Shown one piece after another: positions 1-11,290 of a stretch of DNA of 64,000 nucleotides. The notes under the pieces are model-generated. The model had not been told where the DNA came from, did no database searches, and worked only from the letters and a program-made list of their open reading frames with translations. The stretch comes from Felis catus (lineage: Eukaryota), in NCBI RefSeq assembly GCF_018350175.1, contig NC_058383.1, forward strand, positions 4,340,001 to 4,404,000. Direction: 5' to 3'. Both the position numbers and the translations under genes were made by a program. Numbering within the stretch: the stretch's first letter is position 1; every line of letters begins with the position of its first letter.

Positions 1-1084
1 AGTCAGACTCCAGCCTTGTTCTCCAGGGATCCCCAGGGGAGACCACCGTCTGACATCCTGAATGTGTGAGGGGCTGACCTGGAGGTGAGTCTGGCAAGGC
101 TGTCTGGCAGAGAGGTCTTTGTGGCTGGGCCTTGAAGTCTGAGTAGGAGACAATCTGGGGAGGTCTTGATACAAGGGTACGTTGGGGGGACTGGAAGCCT
201 CCCATGTGGCTGGCACTTTGGAAACGGAGTCTGTAGAAACCTCAGTGGGGAGATCCCTTCTGGCCGACACCCAGTAGAGCACCTGGAGGCTCCCAACTGA
301 GAAAGAGCCCAGTTGAAGCGGGTGCCGTTAGGCTGGGCATGAGCTGGGGGGGAACCCACGTAGCACCGCCTTCCTCTCTATGCCCTGTTCCTCCCAGAAC
401 ACGACTTGGGGGAAAGGAGGTCAGAGCAGGCTGTCAGTTCTTACCCCTTGGGAGAAACGTACTGGGCCTTGAATTCAGGTTCCGTTGTACAGATGGGGAA
501 ACTGAGGTGGCCATGGACGGAGCCTAAGCTCACATACCTGGGTTAAGCTTGGATTCGGGAGCCCACAAGGGCAAGAGACAGGCTCTCCTGGGGGTTGGGT
601 GACCCACAAACACGAAGACCGGCCACGCTGTAGGGCCCAGCCCTGGCGGGGCGGGAGCGGGGGGGTGCCCCGGGAGACCCGCCAAAGAACTTGTTGGAAA
701 CTGGGGAACTAGAACCTGAATCAGGCCTCCCAGGTGACAGCTGCAGGGCCTCTATGCTTCCTCTCCCTCGCGCTGGCCTCATCCGCCCCAGCCCCGGCAA
801 GAAGGAAGGCAAGCGGCAGGGGCCACACAGCCAGAACGTGTAGCATTGGAACTCAGCCAGGAGGTGGGAAAACGCTTCCTAAGCTGGAGATCACTGACAC
901 CCGCAACGTGCAGCGACCCCGGCAGGTGTGCTTCAGAGCAGGAGCCTAAACTTGGGCGCCGGGACTTTGTCCTGCAAAGTCCTCCTGGGCGGCTACAGAG
1001 GGTGTAGGAGCAGGAGGGGGGCAGGGCCAAACCTGATGCTTCAGCAGAAAGTTCTACATAGTTTGTACTAGAAATACCAGAGTT

Positions 1085-1120
1085 ATCGCTTCTTGGCCTT
1101 TTAGCTAAGATCAGGTGTAG
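1085..1120 (+). pseudogene. 3'-truncated U2 snRNA retrocopy (U2 nt 1-36)
   Basis: ATCGCTTCTTGGCCTTTTAGCTAAGATCAGGTGTAG matches the U2 5' end ATCGCTTCTCGGCCTTTTGGCTAAGATCAAGTGTAG at 33/36; similarity stops in the branch-point recognition region; no Sm site. Confidence 0.9.
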
Positions 1121-1351
1121 CCATGCTGAGGTTATAGGCACAATTGTAACGATAGGAATGACAATGGTGACCTGTGTGTCTCTGATGCTCTTTGACTTTT
1201 CTGACGCTCTACATCTTTGTTTCGTCCCCACGGGCAGGGCAGCCATCATTAACTGTTTCATAGTTGCTGGTGAGGAAGCTCACAGTCGAGGTTGGGGGCC
1301 TGCCTACAGGATGCACAGGTCCCTCAGGGGTGTGCGAGGCCGTGCTCACCT

Positions 1352-1437
1352 GGAAGAGGTGCTCCCGGGAATAGGTGCTCCCAGGAATAGGTTGCTCCCC
1401 CAGAATAGATGCTCCCCCCCCAGAAGAGGTGCTCCCC
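1352..1437 (+). repeat. Degenerate minisatellite, 5 units of about 16-20 bp
   Basis: Units GGAAGAGGTGCTCCCC / GGAATAGGTGCTCCCA / GGAATAGGTTGCTCCCCC / AGAATAGATGCTCCCCCCCC / AGAAGAGGTGCTCCCC. Confidence 0.8.
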
Positions 1438-1733
1438 TGGATGAAGTGGGGTGATGAGCCCCTAGTTGGGACGACTGTGCCTTCACAACCAGATGCTCTT
1501 CCTGAGCCCCTGGCGGCCGGCCCTGTCCTCCTCACTCCCCATCAGATGCTCCTGGAGGCAGAGGCCTTGATGGTTCCCCAAACCCTGGTGAGGCTCAGAG
1601 GGGTTGAGGGGACATGCCCAAGGTCACATTCAGTTAGGGAAAGATGGTGAGATGGGCATGTCTTCCTTCTCCATGACCCTGGGCAAGTCACTTTACCTGG
1701 AAGGGTCTCAATCTCACTGTCAGAATAGGGGTG

Positions 1734-1929
1734 AGGGCGCCTGGTGGGGCTCAGTCGGTTGAGCGTCTGACTTCACCTCAGGTCTGTGAGTTCGAGCCCC
1801 ACATCGGGCTTTGGGCTGACAGCTCAGAGCCTGGAGCCTGCTTCAGATTCTGTGTCTCCCTCTCTCTCTGCCCCTCCCCCACTCATGCTCTGCCTCTCTC
1901 TCTCTCTCTCTCTCAAAAATATACAAACA
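1734..1929 (+). mobile_element. Carnivore SINE (SINEC_Fc-like)
   Basis: GGGCGCCTGG..GCTCAGTCGGTT head, GTTCGAGCCC B box, (CT)n tract, A-rich tail. Confidence 0.9.
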
Positions 1930-1931
1930 AT

Positions 1932-2160
1932 GGGGCGCCTGGGTGGCGCAGTCGGTTAAGCGTCCGGCTTCAGCCAGGTCACGATCTCGCGGTCCGTGAG
2001 TTCGAGCCCCGCGTCAGGCTCTGGGCTGATGGCTCAGAGCCTGGAGCCTGTTTCCGATTCTGTGTCTCCCTCTCTCTCTGCCCCTCCCCCGTTCATGCTC
2101 TGTCTCTCTCTGTCCCAAAAATAAATAAACGTTGAAAAAAAATTTTTTAAATAAAAAAAA
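1932..2160 (+). mobile_element. Young felid SINE inserted into the tail of the preceding SINE
   Basis: CpG-intact full-length copy; TSD AAAAATATACAAACA at 1915-1929 and 2156-2170. Confidence 0.92.
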
Positions 2161-2226
2161 TATACAAACATTAAAAAAATGAAAATGGGGGGGCTGCCAG
2201 AGGATGGAACCAGAGGGGGTGTTGAG

Positions 2227-2328
2227 GGGGGTCGCTGGCTGGCTCAGTCATCAGTAGAGCATGCGACTCTTGATCTCAGGGTTGTGAGGTCAAGCCTCAT
2301 GTTGGGTATAGAGATTACTTACAAAATC
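2227..2328 (+). mobile_element. Short-form carnivore SINE
   Basis: GCTGGCTGGCTCAGTC..GAGCATGCGACTCTTGATCTCAGGGTTGTGAG head. Confidence 0.8.
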
Positions 2329-2487
2329 GAAGAAAAGAAAGAAAGAAAAAGAAAAAGAAAGAAAGAAAGAAAAAGAAAGAAGGAAAGAAGGAAAAAAAGA
2401 AAAAGAAAGAAAGAAAGAAAGAAGGAAAGAAAGAACAAATGAAAGAAAGAAAGAAAGAAAGAAAGAGAAAGAGAAAAAGAAAGAAAG

Positions 2488-2558
<71 letters not shown>

Positions 2559-2649
2559 GAAAGAAAAGAAAGGCGGAGGGAGGGGGAGAGAGAGAGAAGG
2601 AGGAAGGAAGGGAAGAAGGAAAGGAGGGAGGGAGGGAGGAAGAAAGAAA
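2329..2649 (+). repeat. (GAAA)n/(GGAA)n purine-rich compound microsatellite (expanded SINE tail)
   Basis: About 320 bp of nearly pure A/G tetranucleotide repeats. Confidence 0.95.
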
Positions 2650-4121
2650 CTACATGAAGGTGCTGGGCTGAAAAGGTTCACTCTTGTTCCCAGGGAAGCA
2701 CTGGGGGGGGGGCAGTCGCCTGTCTCTAAGGCACCTGCCAGCTTTGGGGAGGGAGCAGGCAGGGTGTAGGGAGGAGGAGAAGGGTGTCCATGGACCAGCT
2801 GAAGAACTGAGCTTCTTGGCCTTGACTCTCGCCCACTCCCAGGGGCCCCCTGAGCAGAGGGCAAAGAGCAAAGGGCAGGGGCTAGAGTCTGGCCTCTCCC
2901 TGTCCTCCTGGGGCCACTTGTAGACATTATCTAGGCTTAATCATGACAGCTGCCTTTCCCTAAGGGTGCCCTGGGTGTGGTGCCAGCCTTCCAGCTCAGC
3001 ATCTGTAAGCACCCCCTCACCTGCTCACCCCCCCCCCCATGAAACGTCACCCTGGGCCTGGGGGCAGGTATCAGTCATAGAAAACTAAGGCCTAGAGAAG
3101 TTTAGCACCACCCACACTTAGGTCTGGCAGACCCCCAGAGGAGGCAGTGACTGTACAGGTGTCCCAGCTTTGCAAGGAGCCCGACCACAGTCCCCGGGCC
3201 CTGCTGCAGCGCTGTTATCTGACCCTCAGCTCCTGAGGCCTCGGAAACTCTCTTCAAGGCCCGGGAATTTCTGGGGGACTCAGGAGAATCACAGCCCGTC
3301 ACAGGCCACTCACCACTCACAGGACCCCCTAGGGTATATACCTGGACGGCATCCAGGCCCAGGGTCCTATTCAGGGTTCACGTGACCCAGGGCTGAAAAG
3401 CAGAACCTTTGCACCAACCTGGGCCTACGGGGCTGTCTCTGGGCCTCGGTGTGCTCATCCCTACTACGGAGGCGGGTGGCCTCAGACCAGCGTCCGGGGC
3501 CCCCAGGCGGACCCTGGACCACCCGGACGGGATGGGGCACAACACCGGGTTCTCAGAATCCCACAGCTCATCAGCGACGCTGTCCCGCCCGGCGGCCAGG
3601 ACAGCAGGAGGCGGAAGCGAGGGTGGAGGAAGGTTCTCTCCGCTGGGAATCTGGGTCCAGACAGCGGGTGTCCAGAGGCCCACTCGCTCCCAGGTTGGGA
3701 GGGGGGAGGTGTCTAGGTCTGGGCAAATCAGAGGGTGGAGGGCGCGTCTGAACACCCCAGGGAGGCAGCTGCCTGGGGACCTCCCGAGGCCGGCGCGGTC
3801 CAACCCGTTCCCCAAGCCTTCCAGCCCGGGGCGGGGCGGCCAGGGCCCAAGGCCGGCTCAGCCTCGGGGGTCCAGGCCCCGCCTCCGCCCAGGGCCGGGG
3901 CGCTGAGGGGTGGGGTGGGGTGCCATTATCTGGCGCGGCCAGGCCCGCAAGGCTCAGGCTCACGTGGCCGCGGCTCCTGGCCTCCCAGGTCTCAGGGCCG
4001 CGGCGCGGGCGGGCAGATAAGCCGGGCGCTCCCAGAGCCTGTCCGGCGCGGGCCGGGCCGGGCCGAGCTCCCCGCGGGGCCACCCCCCCCCCCCCCCGGC
4101 CGGCCCGGCCCACTTGGCCCA

Positions 4122-4140
4122 ACTTCCTCTCCATAAAAGG
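4122..4140. promoter_or_regulatory. CArG box (SRF site) with adjacent ETS motif
   Basis: ACTTCCT (ETS core, reverse AGGAAGT) followed by perfect CC(A/T)6GG, CCATAAAAGG. Confidence 0.65.
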
Positions 4141-5096
4141 CGAGGTTTGGGAGCGCCCGGGGAGGGGGCGTTGGGCTCACACGTGGGGCCCGGAGCTTTG
4201 CCGGGGCCGCCCCCCACGTCCTCCGGCCCTCCCCCCCTCGCCCCTCCCCCCTCGCCGCCCCTGCCCCTGGCGTCCCGCGGACCACCATCCCGACCTCGCT
4301 GTCCTCCTCCGGCCCGGCCCTGAGCGCCCAGCACTCTGTCCCCACTTGGCCTTGGAACAGCTCGAGGCCCCCCACAGCCGGGCGGGTCCGCGGAGGGCGG
4401 GGTCGGGCATCTAGGAGCGTCGGGAAGACCAGCGGGACCGGGGGTCACCCTGTAACTCGGCTCCGTGCGGATGCAGACGAATCGTACTTGCGGCGGACTG
4501 TAACGTGCATTTTAATACCTCTAGAGCTTGGGGTGCCTCTTCCCGATTTTACGTGTCGCCCAGCTCGCCTGTGGCCTTGGGCGCACGTTACGTCTGCGCG
4601 CAGCCTCAGTTTCCCCGTCTGTTAACCCGGGGAGAGGCTTTTCCTTTGCTGGGTTTGCGCGACTGTAAACCGCAGCGCCCCGCCGGGCCCGGCGCGGGGC
4701 TGGAGCAGAAGCGGGCAGGGGGCGGAGCCGTTTCCCGCCCGCACGCCCCCCTCGCTCCTCCGGGGGAGACCCCGCACGGCTGCGTTGAGGAAGAGGGGAA
4801 GTGGGCGCCAAGAGACAAACAGTGGGTGCTCAATAAATGCAGCGCTGCCCCACCCCCACCCCGCCCCTCAGGGTGAGTCATCCCTGTCCTGGCCCTTTGC
4901 TGTGGGTGGGGGGCGGGTAGGGCCATCGGGTGCCATCTGGCTCCACCCCGCCGGGCTAGGCGACCTCGCCAGGGCTCCGCTCCTCTCCGGGCCTCAGTTT
5001 CCCCCTGCTAAAGTTCAGGGGAGGGCCGGCGCAGGCCGGCTGGGGGCCGCGGGCACCCCCGCGCGGCCCCGGCCACGTCCGCTGCCCACGAGGCCG

Positions 5097-5106
5097 CCAT
5101 AAAAGG
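5097..5106. promoter_or_regulatory. CArG box (SRF site)
   Basis: Perfect CCATAAAAGG, identical to the 4131 copy. Confidence 0.65.
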
Positions 5107-8076
5107 CAAGCGGCCGCAGGTCGAGCAGCCAAACTTAGTCATCCGGCCCGCGGGCCGCCCGGCGCGCTGCGCGCAGCTTCCTCCCCGAACTTCCCGTTTT
5201 CCGAGGGGCCCGGGGAGGGGGCCGAGGTGCGGCCTGGTCTTTCGAAATGCCTGGGCTCCGAATGGCTGGGGGCTTGGCCCGGGGGCGTCCCAGGCTGGCG
5301 CTTTCATCCCGGAGCTGCGGGTCAGCGCGGCGCCTCCAGAAGACGCCTGCGAGGGAGGCCCAGGCTGCTGCCCGGATAAATCTCAGCCAGCTGCCCCGGG
5401 GGTGGGGAGAACAGTGCGGAGCGGCCATGAGCCCGTCGGTGCATCGCCAGAGCGTCTGGGCCGAAACCACCCAGCGAGCGTCGCGGGAGCAGGGCTGGGT
5501 CAAGGGATACGGGATGCAATTCAGTGCAACGGAAGGGACAGCTCGAGCTGCAGTCGCTGGTCCGTGCGTGGACCTCGGCGGCCCCCTCATGCCGTCTGGG
5601 TCTCGGGTTCCATTTACAGGCCATCAGGACCGTGGCTGTCCAGAGGTGGGGGGCAGGGGCAGGAGGCTTCCTGGAATGGAAGTGTATCCTGGACTAATTA
5701 GGGTGGTGGCCTTACGGCTGTACATTCAGGATTGGGCTGTCCTATCAAGGTCGCTGACCTCCACTGTAGGTAAATTATACCTCAACTCAGAACTGTGAAA
5801 AAAAAAAAAAAAAAAAAAAGAAATGCACACGCAGGGCACGCCCATACATTGGTTAGGGATGTCCACAAAGGTACAGGGAAGGAGGCGTTGCTGCCGCCTC
5901 GGGGTGGGTGGGAAGGAGAAACGTGGAACGCTGGGTGTCTTCTGATTCTGATATCCTGTATTTCTTTCAAAAAACAGAGCTGAAGAAAATACGGTGAAGT
6001 AACGCCTGGGTCCGGGAGTACATTATGTTCCTCTCTGTCCTTTCCTGTGTATTTGAAATATTTCACACTTTTCACGAAGAAAGAGCGAAAGCACCGTGGC
6101 TGGGAATCGGGACACACGGTGGTCAACCTCTTTGACCCTCGGTTTCTTCTTCTGTACAATGGGGCCATCAATAATCCCTTTGGGGGAAAGCGTATTGGGT
6201 GTTAGCTGCAAAGAGCGAGCCCTAGGCATGCAGTAGGTGCTCAGCAAAGGGGTCTGTTTGCGGCTCCCCTTTTCCTAAGCCCACCTTCCCCCCAGCAGGC
6301 AGGACTTGCTAGGGTGAAGGGCCAGGGTGGGAAGATCTTCACCTCACAGCTCCATTAGGCCAGTGGCCTGGCCTGGCCTGGCTGGGAAGGCTTGTGTTTC
6401 TGACAAATGGGGCCAGCCAGCCCCATGCCCTGCCTGTCCCATCCTGTCCCATCCTGTCCTGACTGTCCTGTCCCTGGGGCCAGGGTCACTCTAGGTGAGG
6501 CTCAGGGCCAGTATACTAGCAGGACACAGGCCAGCAGGTCACCTGGCCTCGGATTCCAGGTGGCCGGATCCTCAGGAAGCCACTGGGGGTGGTGAGGGCC
6601 CACAGGGATGGTGGGTGCCAGCCAGTCAGCACTGTTAGGGACACAGAGCCCAGAGAGCCCCAGAGGTCTGTGGGCAACCACGGCCAGCAGGAAGGAAGGG
6701 AGGAGAGTGCAAGGTTAAGAAAGTACATCCAGGAAAGGAGAGGGAAGAGAAAAGAGAAAGCAAAAGCCTGCATTTCCTCTCACTACTTTTGACCATCTGT
6801 ACATGGGCACTGCACCCGGCTCTCTGGTGAAAGTCTCCCAGGACCCTGAGGGGGAACGGAGACCCCCTCAAAGCCAGCACGGTTAAATGACGAGGCCACG
6901 GTGACCCAGCTAAGAAAGGCAGGGTCTGGGGGAGTGTGAGCAAGAGAGATTGACGGACGTGTGGCCAGGGGACAACAGGGCCCTTGCTAGGAGGTGTGCT
7001 GCAGCTCTAGGGAAGGGGAGGCCGAGGGAGTGGGGAAGGAGGGGTAGGGGACTGAGAGCAGTAAATGACAGCTGGCCGGGGCTGGTCTGAAGGCCGGACT
7101 GGCTGCAAGAGACGCCTCTCGGGTGCCCTCTAGTGGGGACATTCTCCTCCCTGGCGAGGCGGATCTGTGTGTCCGCATTCCATGCTTCAGGGAGTGACCG
7201 CCTTCTCCCCGTGTTACCCAGCCCATCATAGACACCCCCATCCAGAGCACCTCTTTTCTCAACGCTCCCTCACCTCCTCAGGCTCCGCCTCCCTCCAGGC
7301 CTTGCTGGACAAGAGGCCGTGGGAAAGCATCAGATGGCAAGAGGACCCAGCCATCACCCACCCACCCACCAAAAAGTCTGGCTGCAGCCTCCCAGCAGCC
7401 CTCCCAGGGGAGACATCTCTCTCTCCTCCTTTTTTAGACAAAGGGAAGAAAACCCTGAGGTCTAGAGGGTGCACAGGCACCCCCTGTCTCATGCACATGG
7501 TCTCATGCACTGAGTCTGGACATCTGGGACCTGTGCCCCCCCCCTTCCCCCACCTGTGGGCAGAAGAAGCCCCTCCTCTGGTATCTGGGGACTCTAACCT
7601 TCCTGGCAGACTCTGTAACACCCTCGGCTGAAGGGACCCTCTCCAAGGCTCCACATCCCCAACCCCCTCTGCAGCCTTCTGCCTTAGAATGAGGGTCAGA
7701 TTCCAACATGTCCCAGGTGCTTAGAAGTCAAGGTTGACCCTGGAGAAAATATACTCCAAATGAATGACGAATGCTGCTAATTTCCAACAATAGGAACCTA
7801 GGGCTCGGAGTGGAGATGTTAGGCCCTCACAGCGGACTGTGACACTGCATTGGGCCAGATTTATGGGTTTGAGCGGCGCCCTAGAGAGTCAGAATATAAG
7901 GTGGAAAGGCCCCTGACAGTTTGCTAGGTCTGTAGACTGAAGTTTCAACCGACCCATCAGTGGTCTGCATTCAGTGAGGCAGACTTTTGAGAACTTTCCC
8001 AGTGGGGTGGAAGTGGAAAGTCCAAAGACAGTGACTTATCATGTGCTACCCACACGCCTTTAGAAATACGTCGGTA

Positions 8077-8293
8077 GGGGCACCTGGGTGGCTCAGTGGG
8101 TTAAGCAGCCGACCTCGGCTCAGGTCATGATCCCACAGTTCCTGGGTTCTAGCCCCGCATCACGCTCTGTGCTGACAGCTCAGAGCCTGGAGCCCACTTT
8201 CAATTCTGTGTCTCCCTCTCTGCCCCTCCCAAGCTCGCGCTCTGTCTCTGTCTCTCAAAAATGAATAAACGTTAAAAAAAATATTTTTTAAAG
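8077..8293 (+). mobile_element. Carnivore SINE
   Basis: GGGGCACCTGGGTGGCTCAG head, (CT)n, AATGAATAAACGTTAAAA tail. Confidence 0.9.
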
Positions 8294-8580
8294 AAATGTA
8301 TTGGCGAAGCAGCGGCTTCATCCCTGTGTGGCTACCTTCTGTGGGCTGGCATCAGCCACTGATGTTCCACTGGGCTGGGCTCCTGATCTCAGGGGGCCGG
8401 CTGGGGCGCCCCGACTGGCAGAGGCGGAGTGGGAACTCTTAAGCCTTACAGACCAGGTGGGTGGATCACACAGAGATTGAGTGGTTTCTACGAAGTACTG
8501 ATCTGCAGTTTTGATGGAGGCTAACTGATCCTGACGTTCTTGGGAATGAAGGAGCTGGGTGCCACTGAAGTGCCACTTGA

Positions 8581-9018
8581 GGGGGACCTGGGTGGCTCTG
8601 TCGCTCAAGCGTCTGACTCTTAATTTTTTTTTTTCAACGTTTATTTATTTTTGGGACAGAGAGAGACAGAGCATGAATGGGCGAGGGGCAGAGAGAGAGG
8701 GAGACACAGAATAGGAAACAGGCTCCAGGCTCTGAGCCATCAGCCCAGAGCCCGACGCGGGGCTCGAACTCACAGACCGCGAGATCGTGACCTGGCTGAA
8801 GTCGGACGCTCAACCGACTGCACCACCCAGGCGCCCCTCAAGCGTCTGACTCTTGATCTTGGTTCAGGTCATGATCTCACGGTTCGTGAGTTCAAGCCCC
8901 ATGTGGGGCTCCAGGCTGACCGCACCAGCATGGAGTCTGCTTGGGATTCTCTCTTTCTCTCTCTCTCTGCACCCCGCCCCCTGCTCGCTCGCTCTCTCGC
9001 TCTCGCTCTCTCTCTCAA

Positions 9019-9057
<39 letters not shown>

Positions 9058-9058
9058 A
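8581..9058 (+). mobile_element. Carnivore SINE interrupted by a younger antisense SINE; (AAAT)n tail
   Basis: Head at 8581-8621 resumes at about 8855; tail (AAAT)n at 9017-9058. Confidence 0.88.
8622..8837 (-). mobile_element. Young felid SINE nested in opposite orientation
   Basis: Perfect 17-bp TSD TCAAGCGTCTGACTCTT at 8605-8621 and 8838-8854. Confidence 0.92.
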
Positions 9059-9254
9059 TGTCACTTGACCGATATAGTGGGGAAACTTGAGGTCTGGTGG
9101 ACAGAAACCTGACTGGAGTCCCCATAGTCTAGAGTTTCTAGGCTTGAGATATGTTATTTGATGCATTAATAAAGGAATGCATGTATTGGTTACTGTATGA
9201 CACATTTGTTCTTTCAGCTTGTTGACAACTGTAATTAAATTACAAAGTTTCCTT

Positions 9255-9886
9255 CGGAATGCAAGCTGGTGCAGCCACTCTGGAAAACAGTATGGCGGGT
9301 CCTCAAAAAACTAAGAATAGAACTACCCTACGACCTAGCAGTGGCACTGCTAGGCATTTATCCATGGGATACAGGTGTGCTGTTTCGAAGGGACACATGC
9401 ACCCCCATGTTTATGGCAGCACTATCGACAATAGCCAAAGGATGGAAAGAGCCCAAATGTCCATCGATGGGTGAACGGATAAAGATGTAGTCTATATATA
9501 CAATGGAGTATTACTCGGCCATCAAAAAGAATGAAATCCTGCCATCTGCGACTATGTGGATGGAACTGGAGGGTATTCTGCTAAGTGAAATCAGTCAGAG
9601 AAAGACAAATATCCTATGACTTCACTCATGAGGACTTTAAGAGACGAAACAGATAAGGGAAGGGAAACAAAAATAATATCAAAACAGGGAGGGGGACAAA
9701 ACAAGAGACTCATAAATATGGAGAACAAACTGAGGGTTACAGGAGGGGTTGTGGGAGGGGGGATGGGCTAAATGGGGAAGGGGCACGAAGGAATCTACTC
9801 CTGAAATCATTGTTGCACTAGATGCTAATTTGGATGTAAATTTAAAAAAATAAAAAATATATATAAATCGCCTCAAAGAGAAAAAA
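9255..9886 (+). mobile_element. 5'-truncated carnivore/felid LINE-1 (ORF2 C-terminus plus 3' UTR)
   Basis: Translates to QPLWKTVWRVLKKLRIELPYD..CTPMF.AALSTIAK.WKEPKCPS; G-rich 3' UTR and A tail; TSD AAAT(T/C)ACAAAGTTTCCTT at 9237-9254 and 9887-9904. Confidence 0.92.
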
Positions 9887-9944
9887 AAATCACAAAGTTT
9901 CCTTTGTAATTCTATGCATTTTACTTTGGGCACTGAAAAGTATT

Positions 9945-10490
9945 CTGCCCAAATGTCTATCTGTGATGAATGGATAAACAACAGTACAAGCAATGAAAGA
10001 CAATTCCCTTTTTATCTATTTATTTTTAAAGATTTTATTTTGAAGGTCATCTCTACACCCAGTGTAGGGCTAGAACCCGTAACCCCAAGAACAAGAGTCG
10101 CTTGCTCCACTGCCTGAACCAGCCGGGCGCCCCTATAGTTCCAGTTTTAAAAGGACGAGAAGGAAACTTTCACTCTGCTACAACATGCATGAACCTTGAG
10201 CACATTACGCTGAGTGACTCAGCCAGACACCGAAAAACAAATACTGTATGACTGCAGTTATACGAGCTATCTAAAGGAGTCATACTCAGAAACAGAAAGC
10301 ACAAAGGTGGTTACCAGGGGCATTGGGGGGGAAAGGGAATTTAACGCGTGTAGGGTTTCCGATTTGCAAGAGGCGAACGTTCTGGGGTGCTGTTTCACAA
10401 CGGAATTAATGTACTTACTACTAAACTCTAAAGTTAAAATTGTTTGCGATGGGGAAGTTATGTTACTTCGCCACAAGTTTTAAAATGCAG
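9945..10490 (+). mobile_element. Old L1M 3'-end fragment, with a short antisense SINE at about 10010-10133
   Basis: GATGAATGGATAAACAA, CAACATGCATGAACCTTGAG..AGCCAGACAC, GGTGGTTACCAGGGG motifs. Confidence 0.7.
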
Positions 10491-10664
10491 GATGCAGTAA
10501 AAACACAAGTTAAAGGCTTAAACGTTTTGTAAAAAGCGTATTTCTGAGAAGACCGTGTGTATCCTTAGGTGCCACAGGCGACCGCAAGGTTCCCGGCACG
10601 GGAAAGGTTAAGAGCCCTGACGCCTCCTACTGGCCGAACCTGGCAGGAATTCCGGGGGCGACAA

Positions 10665-10684
10665 GGATTCTGGGAATTGTAGTT
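10665..10684 (-). promoter_or_regulatory. ZNF143 (SBS)/THAP11 motif within a small CpG-rich promoter-like patch (about 10580-10910)
   Basis: Reverse strand AACTACAATTCCCAGAATCC, near-perfect ACTACAATTCCCAGAATGC consensus; nearby GCGC-rich NRF1-like runs and CACGTG at 10892. Confidence 0.75.
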
Positions 10685-11290
10685 TTCAGAGCCCCAGCCA
10701 GAGCCTCGCTGTGAAAGGTGGGCTTGGAGCCGGGAGACCATAGCTCCAAGATGGGCACCTGGGCTGGCGGGGAATTCGTGGGGTGCGCGCTCAGCGCGCG
10801 CCTGTGCTCCCGCTGCGCACCTGCAGCCTCGCGCTGAGGCACACACGGTCACGCAGACCGGGCGCGCGCACCTGTCACTTGCACCACGCAGCACGTGGCG
10901 CTCCCGGTTTGCAGTCTGCATCTTTTCCAATCTAACTGGCCACCCAAGCATCTGCGGGTCACGGTGGCAGGTGCCCCCTTGCTCCCATCTGACACATCGC
11001 CACTGGAGCAGAGGCCTTGGCAGTGACCGTGGGAAGTATGTACAGGCTACAGGTGCGCAGGGAGGGGTGTGCCAGTGAGAGGACACAAGCCAGTGCAAAG
11101 GCCCTGAGGTAGCGGCTTGCACGGCCACCAGGGTGGCTGGGGGAGAACGGCAGGGGATGAGGTGGGGTTGCCTTCGCTAGACACGAAGAGCCGTTTAGAC
11201 AGGACAGTAGTCGGGTCTCCCAGGTGAGCGCTGGGCCGCTGCCTAGGGAATCGAATGGCACTGTTCCCCCTGGGGCTGCAGAGGCAGCCT

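Larger units (their letters stand above)
3430..5640. promoter_or_regulatory. Orphan CpG island / candidate SRF-responsive enhancer
   Basis: Very CpG-dense and SINE-free; CArG boxes at 4131-4140 and 5097-5106, E-boxes CACGTG at 3961 and 4180, AP-1 TGAGTCA at 4874-4880, GC boxes. Confidence 0.75.
9155..10619. mobile_element. Ancient hAT-Charlie/MER-type DNA transposon remnant, split by later L1 and SINE insertions
   Basis: Pieces TGATGCATTAATAAAGG.., TTTCCTTTGTAAT.CTATG.ATTTT and the terminal ..TTCTGAGAAG..AAAGGTTAAGAGCCCTG; related sequence at 24100-24675; family recognised from memory. Confidence 0.5.

Noticed and set aside
1352..1437. Possible CRISPR-like repeat array
   Set aside because: Units are contiguous with no unique spacers, in a mammalian context; it is a minisatellite
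1731..2135. Recurrent ORFs such as MAQSVKRLTSAQV../EPGACFRFCVSLSL, and apparent tRNA A/B boxes
   Set aside because: All derive from tRNA-derived carnivore SINEs; not genes or tRNAs
2179..2927. K/E/R-rich and F/L/S-rich ORFs
   Set aside because: Translations of the (GAAA)n microsatellite
3378..5798. Many overlapping 100-190 aa ORFs in the CpG islands (also 16757-17817)
   Set aside because: Expected from stop-codon scarcity in GC-rich DNA; no homology recognised and no coherent exon structure
9259..9490. ORFs resembling a reverse-transcriptase protein C-terminus
   Set aside because: Fragment of a 5'-truncated, non-autonomous LINE-1
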